From Cenococcum geophilum (taxonomy: Eukaryota), in contig CP158635.1 of assembly GCA_050273025.1 (NCBI GenBank), positions 3,100,001-3,164,000 of the forward strand: 64,000 nt of DNA, in the 5' to 3' direction. The translations under genes were made by a program, and so were the position numbers. Positions 52,876 to 64,000 of this stretch are shown piece by piece; the stretch's first letter is position 1, and every line of letters starts with the position of its first letter. A model generated the notes under the pieces. It worked only from the letters and a program-made list of their open reading frames with translations, ran no database searches and was not told the origin of the DNA.

Positions 52876-55800
52876 GAGCAGCTGCACGTACCGCGAGAAC
52901 TAACAGGACCGAATTGGCGACCTCTGTCTATTTTCTAGAACAAGAGGCCGCCCGACTGAGGCGTTTCAGCAGCCACTCAGTTAATCGTGGCTCTATTCTG
53001 GAACGAGCGGTTTCTTCGATCGCGCGGCCCAAATAGCCGCCCCTGGAGGTCAGAAGAACTCTTAGTGGCCAGTCATTTGGTTTCCCAGCTGCCAGCCTGC
53101 GGGAAGGTCCGAGCAATGCGCAAAGACCCTTTGGCCTTGCGATTGCTATATTCAACCTGGACGTCGGTCACTGGTCTGACGGTTTGTTTTGAGCGTTTGC
53201 CCTACGTTCCCAGACTTGCGACCATTGGATAGCAGCGGCTGAAGACGCAACGACAGCGCGACGCTGCTCGAGCTCTCAGAGCCGGTCAACGTTACGGTCG
53301 TGCGTGCTCTCAGGTATCGCTGACGGATTGTCGGTCGCAAGGGGACAACACCTAGGTGGGGGGAAAGTCACAGAGGAGGTGTCCATCTTTCGAAAGTTCG
53401 TCGCAACCGACCGTTATGTAGGGTTTCGTGGGGAGGCCGGTGGCGTTGAAATGGGCTATTCCCTGTTTTGCCAGGCTCAATGCAGACGTCATCTCATCAG
53501 TGATGGCGAAGTTATAATATCTCTATTGTTGCAATCATTTTTGCGTGTCTACAAGCCACGAAGCTGTTCAGAAATTACCCTACATGAAAGTCCTCCCTTC
53601 TCTGCCCTTCTCCACCCTTCTCAATGCGCGCGATGCGCCCGGGAGCACGATTTAGGCAACTGGGTTGTCGCCGCCACCGACGAGCTGCCAAGCTTAAATG
53701 AGTGGCTGCGGCGTAGCGCTTGCTGCAGATGTACCAAAGTCTTTCCCAGGGTCTGCAGCACTCCTTCCGCCAATCAACAACGCCTGCATCAGCGCCCTTG
53801 AAACGAGAAACAAATTTGTTTGTCAACTTCATCGCTCGTCGCACCACAGTCCTTAAACACCTTTCGTTGCGCTCGCATGGAAACGCAGCGCTATTTCTGG
53901 TTTCATCGCCCATGCAGCTGAATGGATATTCCCAGTCCCGGCGAGCGGTCACGCGTCGTACCAGGAAGTTTGAGCAGTTGTTCATGCCTCCGCTTTCCTC
54001 AATGACCCCTCTCGCCTTTGTAGACATCAACTCTCATACTGCCAACAACCCCTCACACGAGGTAAGTTTCTTAAAGTCTGACCTGACCGCCCTGTCCATA
54101 GTCATGGGTTATGACCGATCAATCCTCTATCCTACCAGCACAATGGTTGATGCGACAATGTGCGCAAGATCCGAACAGCGGTGGAAAGACACTTGTATCC
54201 AATCTGGAACATGCGGCTCGTTTCAATAAAGTGCATAGCAAGAAGAGATTAGAGTTGAAGACAGCATTCCATATGATTTTTCATGTCTAGCCTTCATGGA
54301 GGGAATGCGACTGTCCTCACACACTTTCCGAATCATGCTCATCATGCATCCTCATATTTCTTCTCTTTCAATCCAATTTATTCTTGCCGCATCCTTAACT
54401 ATTTACTGCCAGTCACCAATATTATTTGAATGTCGTTCAAGCTCTCTTTCAGGCCAGGAAAATCTTTATGGGCGGACTGGTAACTATCAATGATGTATTG
54501 AGCCATTGGCGGGCGCTTGAGGAAGAGGTGAGGTCGCGAGAACGCGTTTTGAGTCAATTGTTTCCAGGCTAGTAGCGTATTGTATGTTGAGTCCGAAAGT
54601 CTCAGATGGTGAGTTTGACTCTTTGATGCGTTGAAGGGAATTAAATCAGTGCTGCTGTCTAGTTGTAATCCTGACCATTGCTCTTAATAGCCGGTCCTGC
54701 TCTCCACTGCTGTGAGTTATACCATTATCAACCATGTAGCTATTCGGCACTGAAATACCTCCATCTGCACATCTCCGAGTTCAGTCGTCCGCGTCAGTCG
54801 CCTCATACCATAAGGCGGTGTAAATATAGATTGCTTCCGACCATCTTGTGCCGGTAATGATGTGAGAGTTCTTCTGCCCCTATCAGTTAGAAGCCTTATC
54901 AGCTCCGGCCGCATCCCTCGTTATTGATATGCCGATTATCTCCCTTAGCCAGAGACCCGCCATTGCCGACCAGACAGCCACTAGATCTTGCGAGGTTTGC
55001 TGATCACATGTCTACATCACTCATTTACCTAACTCATTCACCTTTTTCCTACGCTAACCTTCAATTCCTACTAGCCATTTCTTGCAACAACCCAGGTCTT
55101 CGAATGGCGTGAAGGCTTCTTAATAGCATCCGTTGCCGCAACCTCCAGGCCAGTCTACAACTGGAAGCAATCGCCGCAACCTGAAAGCGCGGCAACTTTA
55201 TCACTGATCGCCCACCTCTTATGTAGCGCCCTCACACATTGCAAAATTCCTCACACCGCCTGCTTCGGGAGGTCGGCGGCATTTGTATCTAAAGTATTGT
55301 CAGGTGAAATTGGCTCGTGACTCACTCTATTGACAAACTAGGAACAATAGCAAGGAGCAGGCCTCAGTATTCTTATTTATCCACATTCTTATTCATCTAC
55401 GCGACAATAACAGCAATCTACCATACGTTTCAACTCCAATCTAGGCTCCACCTCCATTTAGTTTTGGAGACTCATCTCTGCAAACCCCAAGCATCTTTCC
55501 GAGTTTCCTTCCATTTATCTCAAAATCTTTATCATACTCCACGGATCTTAACAATCAGCCCTCCTGTAGCATATTGCATGACCAACCCCCTGTCTGCCTA
55601 AGCTATCACTCAACCAAACAAATCCGGGAACTGTTGGTCATCTCTTCCTTGAGTTTATGAGTCCCCACTAACTTCTCCGATGGCCGATTTCAGGAACATA
55701 TTCGTGTAGGGCTGATACTCAACCCTTTAGGAAGTGCGCGACAAAGGACTTCAAGTACGTAGGTAAAAAACCAGAGCAGGATGCGCGCTGCTGTGAATGA

Positions 55801-56209
55801 TGCACAAATGAGATGGAGGGGCGTATGGAAGCTTCGAGGGAGTTGAGGTAGGCTCGTTCGGTCTATTGGAAGCTCTTCATGAGTTCAGGAGCCTTCTTCA
55901 GTGCGACTTCAAATGTGGACAGACCATACATCGAATATTGCACAGACCATACATCGCTATTCCACAAGCGCTGTTGACATTATGAGAAATCGCTTAAATC
56001 GGGTGGTCCAAAGAGTGGATTGAGAAATTCATATGTGAATGTCCGCTAATAAAATTTAGACTTAGGTGTTTTTGACGGAAGATCAGTCCATTGCTTCACG
56101 AACGGATTCAAAGCAGATTTTTTCCATCCTTCCTGGATTCTGCCAAATCCCTCATTGCCTTTGGATCTTTCCATAGCATTAAGCCATTCTTAAAACCCTT
56201 CATCCTCCA

Positions 56210-56815
56210 ATGTCCTACAGTTACTCGCTGTCGTGGGCGTCACCAGAGACCAAAGAATCAGAGAAGTTTCAAGTCTGCATAAACGCAATGCGTCGTACGT
56301 TTCCGAGGTCAGAAGTTGCTCAGATGGATATGCCGGCTTGGTTAGAGCATCGGCAAGTAATTATTCAAGCTCGAGGGCGACAGCTCGGAAGAACAGTTGC
56401 AATCAAAGAGGAGCAGCGAAAGCGAGGCCTACCGCCAATTGCCACCCCCCTAAAAGGAAAATCTCTCATGGACAACCGCAGCACAGTGTTATGCCAAAGG
56501 ACTATCTGGTGCCCAAAGTGGGATTTAAAGATAGATAAAGCACCATGGCCCACCTTAACCGAATTGAAGTGGGAAGGCGATGATCGAGCAAAGACTAGCG
56601 TAGGACGTTTTTTACCGCTTCCGCGCGAACCAGGCAATGCGACTGTGGCATGGCACCATCTCCGCACGTTACCAGCCTTCGAGTTCGACGAGGTGCGGAA
56701 AATCCCCACCTTAGAAGACATCCTTCTCCCCGTGGACGAGATTGATGAAGACAAAGTGCCGCAACTACTTAACGCCGAAATTCTGGACGCTATCGACTCC
56801 TACGACATTTTCTGA
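56210..56815 (+). CDS. Conserved fungal hypothetical protein
   Basis: 201-aa ATG-initiated ORF with globular composition and the motif APWPTLTELKWEGDDRAKTSVGRFLPLPREPGN; no function recognised. Confidence 0.7.
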   Translation: MSYSYSLSWASPETKESEKFQVCINAMRRTFPRSEVAQMDMPAWLEHRQVIIQARGRQLGRTVAIKEEQRKRGLPPIATPLKGKSLMDNRSTVLCQRTIWCPKWDLKIDKAPWPTLTELKWEGDDRAKTSVGRFLPLPREPGNATVAWHHLRTLPAFEFDEVRKIPTLEDILLPVDEIDEDKVPQLLNAEILDAIDSYDIF

Positions 56816-58534
56816 CAGTACCCAGGCCGGATACATCTTCATTGTGGCAGTGAATCAACAGATGTGGTGGGGAGATGGGATAAGGCATGGAGTTGGGTGG
56901 GCATCACCAGCAACGACTAATCTTGGGAGTTAACGATTGAACGATTGAGCAATCATAGAAGGCAACATGAGGGTTTTTATGGATTTGGCAGCGGTGCGAA
57001 GATAAGAAGGCGGAGTGTTTTGTTATTGCGTGATCTCCAAAGGATACCTTGTAGTATCGGCTTTGGTATTTGATTCGATTTTTGGTTTCTATTTTCTTTT
57101 TCAATTTCACATACACCTCTTCCTTCCTCTCAACGTACAACCTAACACTCCCACTTGCGGTAGCATTGCCCATTTCACTACCCTTATACCCTACATACCT
57201 TTCTCCTTTTTTTCTCTCTCCATAGCATGATCGGCAGGCTCTAGCATTGGGATGGCGTTGGGTACGGGAGTCAGTTATTCCAACACTTAGCATGTTGCCT
57301 CTTGTTTTCCATTTCTGGGATTTGGGGCCCCAGCACATAGACGTTTCATCTCTGTAGAGTAGCCCCACCCACTCTATTTTTAGGCTTCTTATTTCTATAC
57401 CTTCTGCAGCTCCATGCTATGGGCTGAACAGATTCTATCTCAACAAATATCATGTTTTGGCGAATTCTCTAAAGTGAAGTGTCGACCGAGTGACGGTTAC
57501 TTTCGGCTACTGTCGGCATGGCGTCGATCACCACATCAAAGATAGATCAGGAGTCCTGACAGCTGATATTGACTGTATATATAACCAAAATGCGTACATT
57601 TGTGCCCAAAAGTAGGTAAAAATACGTTAAAATGGCCGTGCTTATTACTTCAAATGGTATAAATTCTGTTGTTTAATCACCAAGATCGATATGCGCTTTC
57701 AACCGGATACGTTGAGACGGCGTAGAGGCTCAAGAGCCAGCTTGAATGGACAGAGTTCTCATTCTGAACTGTTCGGTCAACATGAAAAAGCAGGTGAGAC
57801 ATCGTCTGAGACATCAGCTGGTGTTTATGCTCTTCGCTCATACCCTTCGGTCCGTAATCCCGCTTTTTCGAGATACTAGTCTATAGACAATAATTGGAAT
57901 TTTATGAATGACCTTCTCAAAACACGTACAGTACCTCCAGTACTAAAATTATATTCTGAATCTAGATAAAAAAGAGGGAAACTCTGAATCATCCAACATC
58001 ATGGCCTCTTCTGAGGCCCATTCTGATATTGAAAGAGCGAAATAAGAAATATACTCAACATAGTGGCGCTTTGGAGATAGACGAAGCGATCTATCCTAAT
58101 TAGGTGCAGCCCCAGCTAATCAAAACAGTTCTCTATTAGATTTGCTAACGGCGTGACTAAATTTAATCAACTTCCTTAACCACTACTCGGAAGGGATGGC
58201 CGCATCTGCATGTACAAGGTTTGCGACAACATCTTATGGAATATTCACAGGCAGCCATCAGCGAAGTAGAGGCATAGAATTTTGCTGTTGTATATGGCTA
58301 TTTATTTTTACCGAATTACTAAACTGCTGCCAATTTATATCTATTCGAATGCAAATGCAATCCTCATTTTCCACCAACCCATTTTTTAGTATTAATCTCT
58401 CTGCAGGTCAATTTTGACGGCGATTACCTATTATGTTCCTATCACTCACATAATTCCCAGAATGCCTTAAAAAAAATGTCCCGTTGCTAATTTCCATAAC
58501 TGTCTGTCATTTTTCACCCTTAAACCGCCACAGC

Positions 58535-59076
58535 TCATTCCTGTGCACTATCAACACAAACAAAACTCCTCACTGCATCATTCCACCTATCCGGCATGCT
58601 CGAGACTCCCGGATACTCCAAGTGCAACGTTCCATCTCCTAAATCATCGCAGAGCCCGTTTCTAGGTCCAAAGGTTACATCAGCCTCGTGATGCGGCACA
58701 GACGTGGGTAAGAAAAATTCTAGGAAGTCAAAGCAGAAGGGCTCATATATCTGTAATTTAGGAAGAGGTACGCAACCTTACTTGAAAAATGTGCATGAGA
58801 ATCCTGGGTCGGGTCCGATCGAGGACGCAGTGCCATCCAGCGTAACGCAATTGCCGCCACCTACCGGTTGAACATAGTGGACGCAGTTTCCACCCCAGTT
58901 AACATCCGAGCAGACGTAGATCTTGGATGAATATATCAGTAATTAAGATGGGCACTTGGGGATTAAAAAAGACATACACCGGCGTCGTCGCGTTTGTTGA
59001 ATCTGGAGGTTGGGAACGCGGATGTTAGTGCGAGCAGGAGCGCGAAGATGCTTTGGAGGAAATTGATGGACAGCAT
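58535..59076 (-). CDS. Small secreted cysteine-rich protein, 121 aa
   Basis: Exons 59076-58978, 58921-58782 and 58661-58535 with canonical introns; signal peptide MLSINFLQSIFALLLALTSA, KR site, six Cys. Confidence 0.85.
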
Positions 59077-60564
59077 GATTCTGATTGATGCTAGGCGGGG
59101 AACAGTTGACAGAGTATGCGGGAAGTTTCTGTAGCCCCGAATGAAGGCAAATTACCAACGCGCTGAAGCAAGTCGGAAAAAACTTTGGAATAGGTCTATT
59201 AATTATACATGTAGTGGACTCTGCTAATTTAACCCTTCTACGGGTATCCCAAACGGCAGGCATCTATAGCAGGTAGCTCCCGTGACCTTGGAATAATACC
59301 TCATTACATCCGGGGAACCTATTGTTTTCCGTGTGTGATGTTATGCTGCAAACAGCCGAGTCCACAAAAGGCGTTGTGGTTTATTCGAAGCGCGAAACAA
59401 ATCATTCAGGTCGATTTGAGGCTCCACAGACATCCTGGCTGACCTTGGGGACTGTTTCACTGCATGGTGTTCTTCGATGCATGACGGATGGCAATTTGAA
59501 ATGCTGGGTGTGAGGACGTACTGTACCCGAACCCTGCGATTGGAAAATTTTGGCGAGGATGATCTCACACACCATCTAAGCTTCTTTGAACACATTTGAT
59601 TCCATGTCGGCATTTTTATCGACGATACGAATGTGGTGGAACCTAGAGGGATGCTCGAGGGTTTAACTGTAGACGCTAATAGTAATAGATCACCGGTTTA
59701 ACTTCTCCGCTTCCTCGAGTTACTCCCGCATTTGTTGCGCATCCGCAGAATGTCGACCATTTGGCCTCCCAAAATATTTGGAAAACTCTCAGTTATGCTC
59801 TCGCTCTTCTTTCTCTTTAGCTAGTTATTTTCGTAGCGACGTAATATCCTGCTCCGCCGGTCTTGTCAATTCATCACAACCATTTTTAGGGGCGCTCAGT
59901 TTCGACCTGGGCTTAGTAACTCTCCAAGGACAAATAACCACATCTCACCCCACTTATACAGCTGTCTTATAACCTGGAGATTAGACATTACGTCGCGAAC
60001 TACAGAGTACCCCTCTGCATCCACCTTCCCTCAGTTCCGGTAAATCAACTCTCAGTTGAGCATTGGTAAACCCTTGCTGAAAAACGTGCTGAATCCTATT
60101 ATAAGCCCAATGCTCCAGTTTTTATATAGTAGTATCGTAGCCAAACATGAGTTCCCATGGCTCAAAGGAAAGAATCCAAGTCACCTTTACCGTTCAGACG
60201 AATCCCAAGACACCCACACTGACAAGTACGCTCCGGTCCCCAAGCACCATCCCACAAAAACCCCACCTCGCGCATCATCATCGCTCCTAACTTCTAGAGA
60301 CGGGGGTGGCAAACTCCAAACCTCAAGCCAACGACATCTTTGATTCGGGATGAATAATCCACACCTCGCTCTCCGCACCATCCCTGCCTTTACTCCGCGC
60401 CGTCGGCGTCCGCGGGCCCTCCTCCACATGCACCTCCTCGCTGACCTGAATCCCGTTCTTCCACGAACCCGCCCTCATCCTCATCGGCCTCGAACGCCGG
60501 CCCCCTCACCCATACGAAGTGGTTGCGCTGGTCACGGCGCTCTTGCCGCCGCCGCCGCCGCCGC

Positions 60565-60729
60565 CAGTGATCTTTTCGGACTGGGTTAAAGTTGGAGTGG
60601 AGTGGAGTGGACTGCTAGCCTTGATAGGCAAGCGCTAGCCCTGTCTAGGAACGAGCTAAACTACAAGTAATTTGGACTGGAGTGGATTTGAGCTCAAATC
60701 CACTCCACTCCAGTCCAAAAAGATCACTG
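60565..60729. mobile_element. hAT-type MITE, 165 bp
   Basis: TIR CAGTGATCTTTT(C/T)GGACTGG at both ends; 8-bp flanking duplication GCCGCCGC (60557-60564, 60730-60737); internal GGAGT repeats. Confidence 0.85.
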
Positions 60730-60864
60730 GCCGCCGCCACCGCCGCCGCTGTTATCGACGCGGCTGGCCAGCGTGCGCGACGCCTTGATGTCGTGGCTCG
60801 AGAGTGACCGGAACGGGAACGACTGGTTGTGCGGGTGGCGCGGGGTGCGGGCCGAGCTGGAGTG

Positions 60865-62398
60865 CTAGGACGTGCTGAAGAGGGGCGGGAAGAGGCGCGA
60901 AAGGAGGGGCTTGGTGCCGGGGAGGCAGCCGCATACGATGCCGATGTTGATTTCGGTCGAGGTGACGGGCCACAGGATCGCTGCTTCCCCTGTGGAAGAG
61001 GCGTTAGTAAGGGGTAAGGGCGGGTTCGGCATAGGTGATGGATGCGTGGTACGGGTAGGGGGAATAGTGGTATGGGTAAGGAGACTAACAGTAAGGGTCG
61101 TGAGAATTAAGGTAGGCCTCGAAGTACCACATACGACAGATGCCTGCCACACATACACTGCACACGAGCCGTTAGCCTTGGCACCCAAGGAGGAGTTCTT
61201 CTGATTATCTGCTTGCACGTAGCAAGTACCGATTGCCGTCGGTACTTGAATCTTTTGTGGGGTACAGCAGATCCGGGCTATAAACATAACTAAGGGAGTG
61301 GGGAGGAATACGCACATGCAACCGACGGCAAATACTAAAATAAGGCCAACGCGTTGTTTGACCGGCAATTGAATATTCCAGAGAGCTCGGGCGGGCCAAA
61401 GGAAGACGAGGAAGTCGCTGAAGCTATTCAGCGCCGCGGCTGCAAGAAAAGCGGCGCGAAAGTCGATGCATGTTTTTTGTGTGATCGTAGCGTCCCATTG
61501 TGTCACAACAGGTCTGTTGAGATCCAATAGTTAGCCCGAATTTCAAGAATTGTGGGCAGGGTAAGATGCAGCAAATACAAGGATTTTAGGGAATCATGCT
61601 GGTGGTTGAGTTAAAGATGTTACACCTACAAGCACGAAAAGACCATCGAGAATACGACCCCAATAGTCCAACAACTGAGGTATATGATAGCAATCCAGCA
61701 AAAAATCTTATTTGATCTCGATGGGAATAACCGTAGGTAGCTAAGGCAAAGGGAGATCTTGGTGAGACTCAAGGATATTGGGATGAGTGCGTTAGCGGCG
61801 ATGGCCATCTGAGATAAATTAGCTAAGTTTTTTTGTCGCTCTCAACACTTCTACTCTATATTAATAGGGGTTTCTGTGATCCCACGAAGGATTATTAGAG
61901 GTAGTTTTAAGCTTACTTTCGCATAAGTCTCAGCCCAACCAGGTTTTATGTCCCTATAAAGGGTCAGGATGACTTCATAAAACAAGAATTATCTCATCAA
62001 TACGAACCAAATATGATAACCGAGTCCAAAAGCGGTCGTAGCACATCCAATTATCGAGATGGGAACCGCGAAAACCTAGATGCATTGAATAGTAAATATT
62101 TTGTCACATAGGTTATGGTGAGGATTCAAGCAATCTAGGATTTGAACCTCGAAACAAGAGAGCTAATAGTCAAGAGGGGCTAACCCGAGCAACGTACCGC
62201 AGCAGCAGCGATGACCCAATCGTCTGCACCTAGAGCGGCCTTCAATGTCGCCCTAGAGTACAAACGTGCAGCAAGAAAGATGAGCATTAAAGTCGTGGTG
62301 GAGAGGATCCATCCCAGGGCGAGATTCACACGAGTCTCGGGGTTCACGTAATTCGGAGTTGGCCAGTTGGCCATCTCTTCAGGTGTAGCCGTAACCAT
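60865..62398 (-). CDS. PTH11-like (fungal rhodopsin-domain) integral membrane protein with a truncated tail
   Basis: MVTATPEEMANWPTPNYVNPETR, LGADDW, LTKISLCLSYLRLFP, SDFLVFLWPA..LWNIQLP..QRVGL and EINIGIVCGCLP motifs across several short exons; TAG at 60865-60867. Confidence 0.85.
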
Positions 62399-64000
62399 TT
62401 TCAGTTGAATGGAATGTAAGCAATGCCCCTGTGTACACATCAAGGTGTGACAAAGACGAACGAGGGTGTGTGCCTGAGCAGAGACGAAAGGGGCAGGGAG
62501 GATGGGCGACCCATATAAATGGAGAAGGATTTGAATTTTTATGTTAGAGACACGACAGCAACTCGTTCTCGAGGAGAGGGATGGCTGCCAAACCGACCTG
62601 CTCCAGACAATAGCTGCATATAGTGTGGTCCTAGGAAAGCTAAAAAAATGTGCCCGGTGTGCACCAATCAATGAGCTGCATGCACGGACGGTAAGTTGTT
62701 CTACCAGATCACATAGATCGGGAGAGGCTGAAAAGGAGGTAGTGGTTCGGGCTTAGGAGGAGGCTTTTTTGCAATCTGAGACTTGGAAGTAGGGTATTTG
62801 GTAGGCTGTACAAGATCTATATTGTTGGATAAGCAGTTACGCACTGTACTAGTGGTTGATTTAATTCATGAAGTTATCTATTCTCATTTCTATGCGATAG
62901 TGTTGATGTCGCGCACGAACCACAAAATATACTACCCCATCATTGCAGGGATAAAATGCGGGAAGAGAAGTGCCTGACTCGACCCCACAGTTGCTAATTT
63001 CCTAGATGAAGGGGGGATTTCTCTGATCTAAACCTGAAAAGCTGGTGGGTCTATTTGGAATGCTCTTCCACAAAGCCGTAATCCTTCAGCGCAGGGTATG
63101 GTCTGGCTTGGCACCTGCTGCTGCCACGTGGTTGGGCAGAGGCGACTGAGCCACGAGATTTGGCTGTTTTGGTCTGGCGACCTTGGAGGAAGCCTGACGT
63201 CGAGTAGCGCGGAGATTCCACGATATATGACTCGGAAACCGGAAAATCGTGCCCTGGTGCGTGTCCGTACCAGGCCAGTAAAATCTCCTACGTTTTCTTG
63301 CCAAGACGTTGGATACGCGAGCAGCGTGGAGTGCATCTCGTGTTTTTTAAGTCCATCGCTTGTCCAAGGAACAGGCGGTGGTCTGGTGCTGCAGAAAAAC
63401 TCTGGCCTTGCAGTCCATTAAGAAGTCGTCTCGAGGCGATGAGATACTTGATTTCCGCATCGAACTAAGCTTCCTCACTGTGGCCAAGTCGGCTCAGCCC
63501 CCAGGGTCCAAAGGAATCTTCGTCAAGTCCGCAACCTTTATTCGTAGCGTATTTTTCTAAGACACCTCAAAAAGTTAATATAATCAAATTTTGGCTATAT
63601 TAAAAGCCCCGAGGATTACAAAGTCGACAGCAAGACGCCGTCCTCATAAAATTACGATGGGACGGAAAATTCCAGATTAACCGAAGCGGGCTCAAACCGA
63701 ATACTACAGCATGTCCGGTAGTTAGCGTCTTCCTCGCGTAGCTACTTGCTCGGAAAACCCCACCTGGCCTGCTTCCCCGTCTTGGCAGTAAGCTTCTGAA
63801 GACCTCAACATCAAAATCAAATGAAGCTTTGAATTGTATGATGATTCGCCTGTATACAAAAAGCTTGTGGTGTTGTTCCTTGCTCCGATCGTTCCTACCA
63901 CTTAGTGGGCGCCAATTACTGCCTGAATTTGTTCAGGCATAGACGAAATTAAAAGATCTAGATCCTTAGGTATAATACAGTCCTATTCTTTGCGAATTGC

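Noticed and set aside
53304..54229. Overlapping ORFs of 150-170 aa upstream of PRM1
   Set aside because: Mostly non-ATG starts, no domain signal, and open frames on both strands as expected in GC-balanced intergenic DNA.
62135..62155. GGTTCAAATCC B-box/T-loop-like motif on the minus strand
   Set aside because: It lies in an intron of the PTH11-like gene, and no cloverleaf or A-box could be built.

Overview
Intron-containing filamentous ascomycete (Pezizomycotina) DNA; the species cannot be fixed from sequence alone. Left arm (1-16 kb): BDF1-type bromodomain factor, RVB1, an SDHAF4/Sdh8-like protein, a secreted type-B carboxylesterase and an SPX-domain phosphate transporter. The middle (17-41 kb) is an accessory, decaying belt: a MITE, a C2H2 zinc-finger gene, a pseudogene-like ORF, a truncated pogo/Fot1 transposon, a BTB gene and an AT-rich block mutated by RIP. 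That block can be rebuilt by hand as a HET-domain gene hit by a full chromovirus (which carries a second, nested chromovirus), a solo LTR and a 426-bp palindromic MITE; all four target-site duplications (TSDs) are intact. The nested element carries a 3-exon antisense cargo gene between pol and its 3' LTR. Right arm (42-64 kb): HbrB/Bit61-like protein, GON7, VPS39/VAM6, PRM1, a conserved hypothetical protein, a small secreted six-Cys protein absent from the ORF track, and a PTH11-like membrane protein whose tail is cut by a stop codon and a hAT-type MITE. Exon boundaries and back-corrected (de-RIPed) translations were made by eye and need computational confirmation.
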